IMG/VR virus record: IMGVR_UViG_3300032332_001882 | Span: 1-45,317 of that record | Direction: 5' to 3' (one strand) | Length of the DNA: 45,317 nucleotides | Source of the DNA: a virus | Taxonomy: Duplodnaviria > Caudoviricetes | Shown here: positions 8,243-16,449 of the stretch, one piece after another | How the letters are laid out: each line of letters opens with the position of its first letter | How positions within the stretch are numbered: the first letter of the stretch is position 1 | Made by a program: the position numbers and the translations under genes | The notes under the pieces: model-generated | What the model was told of the DNA's origin: nothing | The model's database searches: none | The model's input: the letters and a program-made list of their open reading frames with translations, nothing else

Positions 8243-10285
8243 ATGGAAGATTTAGCTAAAAATATAAAAGTTGGAGACCATGTTGCTTATGCAGTTCCAA
8301 AGCCACCGGATGCAACTACTTATGCACATGGTTTAGTTAAGTCTGTTAAAACTAGTGGTTCTGTCAAAGTTGAGGGTACTCAAGAAACTTTTCAGGCTAC
8401 ACCAGATGACCCAGTTGCAACTATCCAAGTTTGGGCTGTTAATGAAAATGGGGATCCGGTCTCGAAAACCGATAGGGTTGTTGCTAAGCCTTTTTCTAAG
8501 TTAAGATTAATGAGAACTCCTTTAGGTAAGGATCAGGCTGTTTCAGAAGATGCTTTAAGAAAGCTAATGGAAGAGCACAATAAGAATGCTCCAGATGGTA
8601 GAAAAGTTAAACTTTCTACATTAAAAACCGTATTTAATAGAGGTGTTGGGGCATATAAAACAAATCCGTCTAGCGTCAGACCAAATGTCGTTAGCGCTGA
8701 TCAGTGGGGATATGGGAGAGTTAAAGCGTTTTTGAAGATGCTTAAAAGTGGCTCTGCTCCAAGAAAACCATTTGATCAGGATTTGCTTCCCAAGGAACAT
8801 CCGTTATCAACAAAGGCCAATAAGATGAATGAAGAAATAGAGCTTGATGAAATCTCTAAGAAGATTTTTAATGAGAGTTTAGCTGCTGTAGAAAAAAGAA
8901 TCTATTTCAGAATTATTAAAGGCGCTGAAGGTTGCCCCGCTGATAAGCCTTACGGTGTTGTTGGTGAGAAGTCTGGCTTTGTTCATGGATGCCATTCCAC
9001 TCAAGCCTCTGCAACTAAGCAGCTTCGCAGCATTTATGCTGCGACAGATCCAAAGAGCGGCTATAAGCCTGCTTCCAAAGAGACCCGTAAGGATATGGAG
9101 ACCCCTGAACAGCATGAGAAGCGTCGTGCCCGTGAAATGAAGAAAGAGGGCAAGGTGTCTAAGGCTTCAGAAATGTTAACTCCAAGACAGGAGTTTATGT
9201 ATGAGGCTTATGAGGCTGCTGTAGAAAACTTTGGTATTTTTAATCAGGGTGCTGGTCCTGATGGCGCCCATTATGGTCCTGGTAATAAGAACCCGTTTAA
9301 GGCTGATGGTTTAGTTTGCGAGAACTGTGCTTTTTGGATGGATGGAGCCTGTGAGATCGTTGAGGGCAATATTGATCCTCAGGGTATTTGCAAGCTTTGG
9401 ATTATTGAAGAATCTGAACTAAATGACGAGATGCCCGAATCTGAAGAAGATCCGATGGAAGATGGCGTGAAATCAATCCCCGGCCTTGCTCCACAGGGAA
9501 TGCCAGAGAACCCCATGCCAAAAGAGGGCGACTACGTTTCTTTCGAGCTTGATGGTCAGAAAATGGTTGGCACAGTTGAGTATGTGATGACTGAGGGTGC
9601 TTTTGGTATTCAGGGTTCCGAGTATTACACTCCAGCTTCCAAGGAAAATCCTGTTGCTCTCATAAGAATTTGGGAAGATGGCGAAGAGACAGAGCTTCTT
9701 ACTGGGCGAGCAGTTGCTGACATTATGGTCACAGCGCCTCCGATGGAGGATCCAGAAGAAGCTGCTGAAATGTTCGCCATACCAGACCGTGTGAAGAAGA
9801 ACGCTCAGAGAGGTCTTGAACTTCGCAAGAAGTTTGGTCGTGGTGGTACTGACGTTGGTGAGAATACTGCCAGAACTTTAGCTGCCGGTGGTTCAATCGG
9901 TATAGAAAAGGTTAAGCATATTAATCGTTACTTCCCACGTCATGCTGGAGATAACCTATCAGATAAAACATCTAACGGTTGGATCGCTTGGCTTCTATGG
10001 GGAGGGGATGCTGCTTGGTCTTGGACACGGCGTATAGTCCGTAGCTATGAGGCTCAGCAGAAGCGTGATGGCGCAAGAATGTTCACTCAGGAACGTCGTA
10101 TGAAGCTTGCTAAAGAAGGCATTGCTATGCCTGATGGTTCATATCCAATTGTCACCATTGGTGATCTGAAAAACGCTATTCAGGCTTACGGTAGGGCAAA
10201 GGATCTTGAAGCAACAAAGAAGCATATCATTAAGCGTGCTAAATCTTTGAAGGCCGAAGATCTGCTTCCAGAGGCCTGGATCTAA
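8243..10285 (+). CDS. 680-aa multidomain protein built of small phage-associated domains (two Tudor-like repeats, HiPIP-like Cys cluster, others)
   Basis: Discrete modules separated by charged linkers, e.g. CENCAFWMDGACEIVEGNIDPQGICKLW, GWIAWLLWGGDAA, PDGSYPI..DLKNAIQAYGR. Confidence 0.75.
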   Translation: MEDLAKNIKVGDHVAYAVPKPPDATTYAHGLVKSVKTSGSVKVEGTQETFQATPDDPVATIQVWAVNENGDPVSKTDRVVAKPFSKLRLMRTPLGKDQAVSEDALRKLMEEHNKNAPDGRKVKLSTLKTVFNRGVGAYKTNPSSVRPNVVSADQWGYGRVKAFLKMLKSGSAPRKPFDQDLLPKEHPLSTKANKMNEEIELDEISKKIFNESLAAVEKRIYFRIIKGAEGCPADKPYGVVGEKSGFVHGCHSTQASATKQLRSIYAATDPKSGYKPASKETRKDMETPEQHEKRRAREMKKEGKVSKASEMLTPRQEFMYEAYEAAVENFGIFNQGAGPDGAHYGPGNKNPFKADGLVCENCAFWMDGACEIVEGNIDPQGICKLWIIEESELNDEMPESEEDPMEDGVKSIPGLAPQGMPENPMPKEGDYVSFELDGQKMVGTVEYVMTEGAFGIQGSEYYTPASKENPVALIRIWEDGEETELLTGRAVADIMVTAPPMEDPEEAAEMFAIPDRVKKNAQRGLELRKKFGRGGTDVGENTARTLAAGGSIGIEKVKHINRYFPRHAGDNLSDKTSNGWIAWLLWGGDAAWSWTRRIVRSYEAQQKRDGARMFTQERRMKLAKEGIAMPDGSYPIVTIGDLKNAIQAYGRAKDLEATKKHIIKRAKSLKAEDLLPEAWI

Positions 10286-11073
10286 ACTAGGTGCCTAAAT
10301 TGATGCCATCCATCAAAGTTTCCTAAAACAGTTTCTCCAGGAACCGCTGGAGTTGCAACCATTTCAAATGGTGATAGATGTGGCGGCTCTGCCGATACCA
10401 GTCTCTCGTATAGCTCCAAATCTGCTTCTATATTCGTCTTATCCTGATTAAGATATGATGATCTCGCTACCCTAGCAACGCAAACCTTTTTTTTATCTTC
10501 TTCAGAAAGTACAGTATCATTATCTGAAAGATACGGAAGATGCCATTCTCGGTAACCAATTTCAACCGGAACAGAGTCATCAATAGCTTTTTTCATTTCT
10601 ATTGCCAGTAAGCGAAACTCTGGTTGAGCATCTGCGTGGATTCTTTGTTCAAAACAATTTGAAAAATTGGTTGATGATATAACAGATGTATGCCAAAGGA
10701 ATGGCTCCAAAATTCTTGAAGCAGTTTGCTTATGCAGATTTAATCCCAGCAAAATTTCTGCGTAGTCTGATGCAGCCATTGCTGCTTCCATCCAAGTTCC
10801 AAAAGCGTCAGTTGAAGCGATTATTGGAAGTTCCTCGCTTGCAACCATACCTTTTTCATTTAAGCCCCAATGAACTGGTATAGCCGGATTTTCCCTAACT
10901 TCTTTGATCCTTCTTTTAAGAGGAATGGCTCTACTGCTTGCAGCGTTTCTTGACCACATTCTGTATGTGTTTACTTCAGGTAGAATGAATCGATGGAATG
11001 TGCATTCCATTGTTGTTAGACGATCACCGTCTGGACTGATGCTGTCGGCTATGACTTTAGCTGAAATTTTCAT
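10282..11073 (-). CDS. thyX: FAD-dependent thymidylate synthase
   Basis: AKVIADSIS, RFILPEVNTYRMWSRNAASSRAIP, HKQTASRILEPF, AQPE, HLSPFE. Confidence 0.88.
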   Translation of the reverse strand: MKISAKVIADSISPDGDRLTTMECTFHRFILPEVNTYRMWSRNAASSRAIPLKRRIKEVRENPAIPVHWGLNEKGMVASEELPIIASTDAFGTWMEAAMAASDYAEILLGLNLHKQTASRILEPFLWHTSVISSTNFSNCFEQRIHADAQPEFRLLAIEMKKAIDDSVPVEIGYREWHLPYLSDNDTVLSEEDKKKVCVARVARSSYLNQDKTNIEADLELYERLVSAEPPHLSPFEMVATPAVPGETVLGNFDGWHQFRHLV

Positions 11074-11537
11074 AGTGAAATAGATATCAATTCTACTTGA
11101 GCTTTATTTAGAAATTCTTTGGTCACGTCTGAACCAATTTTTTCTGGTTCATTTAAATAAACTATTCTTTTTATTCCAGCGCTGGCTATCGACTTAGCGC
11201 AAGTTAAGCAAGGTTCTCCATTTACATATAGAGTTGATTTTGAGTATCTTGATCCATCTCCATGAGCAAGGGCAGATATTTCAGCATGTGAGCTGAAGCA
11301 GAGTCCGTCACCATAATCATATGGAGTTCCTGAAGGGACATTGTTGGCGAATCTTGGGCAACCCCCATCGACACAATGTTTCATGCCTGATGGTACGCCA
11401 TTATACCCTTGTCCAACAATTCTACCGTATCCATGATTTTCGATAATGAAACACCAATATTGTTTTTTGCCACAAGTTGAAAAGATTTCAGCACATTCAA
11501 TACATGCTTTTATCCATTTTTTATCTCGTTCAATCAT
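11070..11537 (-). CDS. dCMP deaminase
   Basis: GYNGVPSG..HC, HAEISAL and PCLTC zinc-binding motifs. Confidence 0.92.
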   Translation of the reverse strand: MIERDKKWIKACIECAEIFSTCGKKQYWCFIIENHGYGRIVGQGYNGVPSGMKHCVDGGCPRFANNVPSGTPYDYGDGLCFSSHAEISALAHGDGSRYSKSTLYVNGEPCLTCAKSIASAGIKRIVYLNEPEKIGSDVTKEFLNKAQVELISISL

Positions 11538-11659
11538 ATAAATATACACATAAGTATAATAAAACTAAATACAAGCAATATAGCGGCAATAAGTATTCCG
11601 GATCCATCGCTGTCAAAATCTTTTGGAGTAGTCGAGATACTATTCCTCTGTTTTGGCAT
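11534..11659 (-). CDS. Small single-TM protein
   Basis: ATG 11659 overlaps the upstream gene; hydrophobic C-terminus; stop overlaps the deaminase start. Confidence 0.55.
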   Translation of the reverse strand: MPKQRNSISTTPKDFDSDGSGILIAAILLVFSFIILMCIFI

Positions 11660-11906
11660 CTTCGTTTTCCCCCATTTTTTTAATAACATCAAACCATTCA
11701 AGAGATTCAAGCTCTCTAATAATTCTACCATTCATCGCATCATCAGCATCTTTACAAGCCTGGGCAAACTCTTCGCTATCCCTCTTCATGTGAAGAGTTT
11801 TGCCATACTGATTAAATAGGTATGCCCATGATCCACCGCCCAATGGCACAATTCTTGTAACCTCGCCAGAAGGCTGATATGGGGCGTCTTTCATCTTTCT
11901 TGCCAC
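11640..11906 (-). CDS. Hypothetical protein
   Basis: Packed within the minus-strand operon, GGAG RBS. Confidence 0.7.
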   Translation of the reverse strand: MARKMKDAPYQPSGEVTRIVPLGGGSWAYLFNQYGKTLHMKRDSEEFAQACKDADDAMNGRIIRELESLEWFDVIKKMGENEDAKTEE

Positions 11907-12316
11907 AACAACTCCAATATATCGGGGAACAGATCTGAGAATCTTATAGATCCGGCTTTGATTTTGTCAACCTGAACGACCTTAACTGGAAAATTTTTTA
12001 GGCCAAGGTTTTTTGCTGCTAAGTATCGATGGTTGCCGTCACTTAGTCTAATTTTTTCATTGTCATATGTCAATGTGCCGGGTTCAAAAATTCCATTTAT
12101 ACTAATTGAATATGTTAGTTCATTTATATAATCTTTATCTTTAAAGATAATTTCTGACATATATTTATTATCTATTGTTTTTTCAATTATATGAATTGGA
12201 AGAATTATGATATTGGTATTATTATTTTCGCCAGTAGTCGGTCTGCCGAATTGTCCGTCATCGAAAAATTCGCATCCCCAACTAAGTTCATTGTAATCAT
12301 ATTTGTAAGATTTCAT
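11891..12316 (-). CDS. ParB/sulfiredoxin-like domain protein
   Basis: SISINGIFEP..LSDGNHRYLAAKNLGLKNFPV. Likely start ATG 12316. Confidence 0.75.
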   Translation of the reverse strand: MKSYKYDYNELSWGCEFFDDGQFGRPTTGENNNTNIIILPIHIIEKTIDNKYMSEIIFKDKDYINELTYSISINGIFEPGTLTYDNEKIRLSDGNHRYLAAKNLGLKNFPVKVVQVDKIKAGSIRFSDLFPDILELLWQER

Positions 12317-12345
12317 GGCAAATCTGAGATGTATGATACCAATAT

Positions 12346-12660
12346 ATGGCTGCGTTTTGTCACAATTGCGGATCACAATTCGACACAAAAACATTTATGG
12401 TGCATTGTGATCAATGCCATGCTAAAAGTGTATCTTTTGCATTCGATGAATCAGATCCAGATAATATTTATCAAATTGGTTTTATATGTATGTATAATGA
12501 CGGCTTATCTTGGACTGAATTTTCAGGAATGAGAACAGTTGTTTACAGTTTGAGAAAAAATTATTCAGTAATTCCATCATTTTGTTATGATGTCAATAAT
12601 GGAGTTATTATGGATCCAATTAATGAAAATATTATAACCATAATGCATTATGGAGACTGA
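12346..12660 (+). CDS. Zinc-ribbon hypothetical protein
   Basis: CHNC...CDQC at the N-terminus. Confidence 0.6.
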   Translation: MAAFCHNCGSQFDTKTFMVHCDQCHAKSVSFAFDESDPDNIYQIGFICMYNDGLSWTEFSGMRTVVYSLRKNYSVIPSFCYDVNNGVIMDPINENIITIMHYGD

Positions 12661-12904
12661 ATTGAGCAGACCTGGTGGAGTTCCAAACTCTTCAATTTTT
12701 TGCCAACAATGTGGCAGGGATATAGATGATATCTCATCACCTGACAAGACATACTGTGAATGTAGGGACTCCGCAATCATTTCCGGATGGGTGAGTAGCA
12801 CTTCAAATATTATTCACATGCTTCAGGCTCTAAATGTAATGATTATTGGAGATGATTGTTCAGTTCAAAGTTCTCCGAATAGAACTATATTTTATGAATT
12901 ATAA
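12650..12904 (+). CDS. Cys-rich hypothetical protein
   Basis: CQQC...CEC; overlaps the previous stop. Confidence 0.6.
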   Translation: METELSRPGGVPNSSIFCQQCGRDIDDISSPDKTYCECRDSAIISGWVSSTSNIIHMLQALNVMIIGDDCSVQSSPNRTIFYEL

Positions 12905-12927
12905 GATAAGTTTGTCGATGATTTAAT

Positions 12928-13338
12928 ATGGAAAATTGGGACAGAAAAATGAGCGCTGTACTAGAATCAGCGAAATTTTTAAATAAATTAAATGTTATTG
13001 ATATTGATTTCGTTAACGGATCTTCTTTGGAAGTCTATGTGGCAATGACTAAGGAAGATCGATCAATAGGTCTTTCAACTCTTCCATATCTTGATACTGA
13101 TGGCATGATGTTTTTTTACGACCAGCCTTCATATAATCCATTTACGGTTTTGGATATGGGATTTGATATTGACATCGCTTGGTATTCTAGGGATGGGAAG
13201 TGCATCAAACACGGCACATTCCCAGCGGGTATGGACTCACCAATTTTTAGCCCAAAACCATATACTTATGTTGTAGAAACTTTGGCAAATAACTTACCAA
13301 AGTCTGATTTGAAGGTATCTAATGTCGCGTCAATTTGA
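12928..13338 (+). CDS. DUF192 family protein
   Basis: VAMTKEDRSIGL..GMMFFY..F..MGFDIDIAW..YVVE pattern. Confidence 0.75.
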   Translation: MENWDRKMSAVLESAKFLNKLNVIDIDFVNGSSLEVYVAMTKEDRSIGLSTLPYLDTDGMMFFYDQPSYNPFTVLDMGFDIDIAWYSRDGKCIKHGTFPAGMDSPIFSPKPYTYVVETLANNLPKSDLKVSNVASI

Positions 13339-13489
13339 AGATCTTCTTGATGAAGATGAGTGCTGTCTTAACTGTGGGGAGTTAGACTATAGGCCATCAA
13401 AGATTATGGGACTATGCTTTGACTGCTTTACTGATCCAAAGAGATCGCTAGAGATTGGGAAGCAAAACGATTCAGACTCATTCGTCTGA
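13322..13489 (+). CDS. 55-aa zinc-finger miniprotein (not in the ORF track)
   Basis: Manual translation MSRQFEDLLDEDECCLNCGELDYRPSKIMGLCFDCFTDPKRSLEIGKQNDSDSFV*; CxxC...CxxC; GAAGG RBS. Confidence 0.6.
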   Translation: MSRQFEDLLDEDECCLNCGELDYRPSKIMGLCFDCFTDPKRSLEIGKQNDSDSFV

Positions 13490-13771
13490 GTCATCTGGAA
13501 AATCATCGTCAAGGGAATTTTTGACAATAAAGTCACCCTTATATGATACATTAATTGGTGGTATCAAAAGTTCTATTGACTCAATGGCCGCTTTAAGTAG
13601 GGTGATAGCTACCCACGGAGAGCAATCCCCAAGATGTACTTCAGGGAAGATTTCTGGATCTTTATCATAAGTAATTGTTATGACATGAATTCCAGTACCA
13701 AGATCAGATAGTTCTGAATCTGATTTTTCGCTATCCTGATCTACGATCTCTTCTGACGGTTCTTCGTTCAC
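13478..13771 (-). CDS. Acidic hypothetical protein
   Basis: GTG start overlaps the upstream stop; GAGG RBS. Confidence 0.7.
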   Translation of the reverse strand: MNEEPSEEIVDQDSEKSDSELSDLGTGIHVITITYDKDPEIFPEVHLGDCSPWVAITLLKAAIESIELLIPPINVSYKGDFIVKNSLDDDFPDDSDE

Positions 13772-15108
13772 AACGCCTCACCATTCTTATTGATAATAGA
13801 TTCGTAAATCTTTCCACCGTAGAAAGCGACTCCATCTTCTATAAGAACGGGTTCGACAATAGCTTTTTGATCACCATCAGGCTGATACCAGACAATGAAG
13901 ATACCCTGCTGCCATTTTTCAGTCTTTTTAGCGGACTGCTTCCCAGCGGAGTTGATGCCAGTTTTACTTGATGGAAGTATCCCATCAATTCTAGCTGTTG
14001 TTCCAGGTGTTCCAGCAAAAATTGGTCGTGAAGAATTACGCTCTCTAATTCTTGAATAGACCAATTCCTGTCGATGGGTATGTCCAAAGATTGTTGAAAC
14101 TCTTGCATCTGACAGATACTTTGCAGCCGTGGATCCTGGCGTTGAGCTGACAAGCGATCCATGCTCAAACCTCAGATAGTCATTAGCCCAATATTCACCA
14201 TCTGGATATGACTCAATTGACGTAATATCATATTCATCAAATCTACAAAGATTTGCTATAGATAACACTGGTTCTCTTGAGTTGGCTTTTGAGAGACCAA
14301 CAAGACCGGGTATTTTATCAACGATTGCCTTATTAAGGCGATCATCATGGTTGCCACTTAAAACTACAATCTCAGCATTTGGAGCCAACTCTCGCTGAAG
14401 GGCTACCTCGGTTCCAAAACGATCAATCTCAAGCTGAGTGTTTGATGTATAGCCTGGGGCAGTTCTGTGCGTAGAGAATGCGCTGAAATCATGGTTATCA
14501 CCAAGAATCACAGTTAGATCTATTTTATATGAGGCTTCAAGAAATAACGTGATCTGATGAGCCACATCTAAAGCGGACTCATCGTGAGTCGTCGTCAGAT
14601 CGCCGTCAATGTCTCTGTAGTAGCCAATCTGAGGATCTGGTATAACCACTCCAACATTCCATCCAGATGGCTTAGAAAGCTTTTTAGCACCCTTTAAAGA
14701 GACTTTAAAATCTCCTATGGTTGCCTTATCTGGAGATGGTAGTGATGGAACTACATCGATATTAAAAGAAGTTGACTCTTTTTCAACTTGGACGTTTTGT
14801 CCATCAATCTTTTCCCAGCCAGGAAATTTCTTTTTAGTAAATCCCATCTTGACAATGTGGCCAAGATTATTTTCTTCAATATCATTGATGGCATCAGCTA
14901 TATCAGCAGCTGAAGCATCGGTAGATATACGAACTTTTTCATTCCAAAATCTCTGGCCATATCTGGCTATGGTGGATTCTTTGATTATGGGAAGAGAGTT
15001 CTCGTGAAGAAATGCGAGAACGTCTTTAGCACGACCACCCGACCGCCAAATCTGCTCCATCTGAGCTTTGGCTGGATGGTCGGCAACCCCCTTAGGTTGG
15101 TTGCTCAT
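13768..15108 (-). CDS. Calcineurin-like metallophosphoesterase with N-terminal extension
   Basis: IPDPQ, LGD, GNHD, EHG and GHTH motifs. Confidence 0.88.
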   Translation of the reverse strand: MSNQPKGVADHPAKAQMEQIWRSGGRAKDVLAFLHENSLPIIKESTIARYGQRFWNEKVRISTDASAADIADAINDIEENNLGHIVKMGFTKKKFPGWEKIDGQNVQVEKESTSFNIDVVPSLPSPDKATIGDFKVSLKGAKKLSKPSGWNVGVVIPDPQIGYYRDIDGDLTTTHDESALDVAHQITLFLEASYKIDLTVILGDNHDFSAFSTHRTAPGYTSNTQLEIDRFGTEVALQRELAPNAEIVVLSGNHDDRLNKAIVDKIPGLVGLSKANSREPVLSIANLCRFDEYDITSIESYPDGEYWANDYLRFEHGSLVSSTPGSTAAKYLSDARVSTIFGHTHRQELVYSRIRERNSSRPIFAGTPGTTARIDGILPSSKTGINSAGKQSAKKTEKWQQGIFIVWYQPDGDQKAIVEPVLIEDGVAFYGGKIYESIINKNGEAL

Positions 15109-15239
15109 CAGTAAACCTTTCAGGCGACTGTCGCTATAGTAAGGTTAACGGTCGCTTTGTTAACATATGGACCAAAATTCTAATTTTGAAACACGGCCTC
15201 GAGGTATTCCGGGCTTGATTTTTTTGAAATTTAAATTCT

Positions 15240-15560
15240 GGCGACCGCGTGTTAACAGAATCAACTGATGCCCTAATCTGGATTCTGCTTAGCAAATTTC
15301 AGAACAAGTGGGATGCGCCCCAAATAGCGCCATAAGGACTGAGGGTGGCCTGGACTCCTCCGGTGGGCAATCCGTCATCAATGCCGTCCCGAGCGAAAAG
15401 TTAGGGAACTGGTCAAGGAACGTCCGGGCAGTTCATCTAAGCAACCTACTGAGTAGCAGCCTGAATCAGTACGTTAGATTCGTATTTAGATGAAGACACC
15501 GACCGTTGTAGTACAGCTACTATACCCATTGGGGTGGGGTGAGGTCTGTCTAAGCTGAAG
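15240..15560 (+). ncRNA. Putative structured non-coding RNA or cis element (strand uncertain)
   Basis: GC-richer intergenic island with many stems: CAGAATC/GATTCTG (15256-15287); TCCC/GGGA (15387-15407); TTCATCTAA/TTAGATGAA (15432-15494) enclosing CTAC/GTAG and GAATC/GATTC; ACCC-ATTG-GGGT (15524-15535). Confidence 0.45.
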
Positions 15561-15601
15561 AAATGTTTTAACATGTTTTACTATTTGACTAATATTATCT
15601 T

Positions 15602-16342
15602 ATGGATATAAAAAGTCTTTGGGAAAAATATGAAAAAGATAAATCATCTTTTCAAGATTTAATTATTGAATATGATTATCTTGTAAAAACTACTGCTGCT
15701 TCTATTGCAAAAAATCTGCCAAATCATATTGACTATGATGATTTAGTGTCAGATGGTTACATTGGTCTTATTGATGCAATTGAAAGATATGATTCTTCTT
15801 ATGGATATAAATTTGAGACCTACGCTTCATTTAGAATTCGTGGAGAGATAATAGATAAACTTCGCCAGTTTGATTGGGCACCACGATCTCTAAGATCGAA
15901 AAATAGACAAGTAGACTCGGCCACCGAAAAGTTGTCCAGCGAGTTGGGACGAGAACCAACTGAGGAAGAAGTTGCAAATATATTAGGCTGGAAACCTGGT
16001 GATATAAGTAGAATAAAAGGTCATGGAAACTCTGCTTCAGTCTTTAATATTGATGAAATTGTAAATTCTGAAGGTGATTCATTTAAGCTTTCAGATATAC
16101 TAGCTGATGATTCAGACAATTATGATCTACTTGATCATGAAGATTTTTCAATATTAAAAGACAAGATTCTTGAAGGCTTTACTCAGTTAAATGGACAACA
16201 AAAAACGGTATTCTTTCTACACTATATAGAAAACTTATCCCTTAAAGAGATAGGCGAAATGCTTGAAGTAACCGAGTCGCGCGTTTGCCAGATTCACACC
16301 GGAGCACTTGATTCAGTTTGGAAATTTTGTGTTCCAGAATAA
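15602..16342 (+). CDS. FliA/WhiG-family RNA polymerase sigma factor
   Basis: DDLVSDGYIGLIDAIERYD..KFETYASFRIRGEIIDKLRQFDWAPRSLR; region 4 LSLKEIGEMLEVTESRVCQIH. Confidence 0.95.
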   Translation: MDIKSLWEKYEKDKSSFQDLIIEYDYLVKTTAASIAKNLPNHIDYDDLVSDGYIGLIDAIERYDSSYGYKFETYASFRIRGEIIDKLRQFDWAPRSLRSKNRQVDSATEKLSSELGREPTEEEVANILGWKPGDISRIKGHGNSASVFNIDEIVNSEGDSFKLSDILADDSDNYDLLDHEDFSILKDKILEGFTQLNGQQKTVFFLHYIENLSLKEIGEMLEVTESRVCQIHTGALDSVWKFCVPE

Positions 16343-16367
16343 AATTCGTCCCTTATTCTGAATCGTG

Positions 16368-16403
16368 AAAAGAGAGCAGCCGACGCGTGATAAGCTCTCT
16401 TTT
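16368..16403 (+). terminator. Hairpin / probable terminator after the sigma gene
   Basis: AAAAGAGAGC-N16-GCTCTCTTTT, a perfect 10-bp stem. A second stem CAGAATAA/TTATTCTG lies at 16335-16360. Confidence 0.5.
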
Positions 16404-16449
16404 AATTCGGGAAAATTTGCCGTAAATATCATCTAGCGTCGGAGGCACA

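Noticed and set aside
15308-15493. 61-aa ORF in the structured intergenic region
   Set aside because: GTG start without an RBS and no recognisable protein features; better explained as a chance ORF in GC-richer structured sequence.
16343-16449. Cobalamin riboswitch or NrdR boxes upstream of nrdJ
   Set aside because: The gap is too short for a B12 riboswitch, and I see no B12-box or convincing NrdR palindrome; only simple hairpins.
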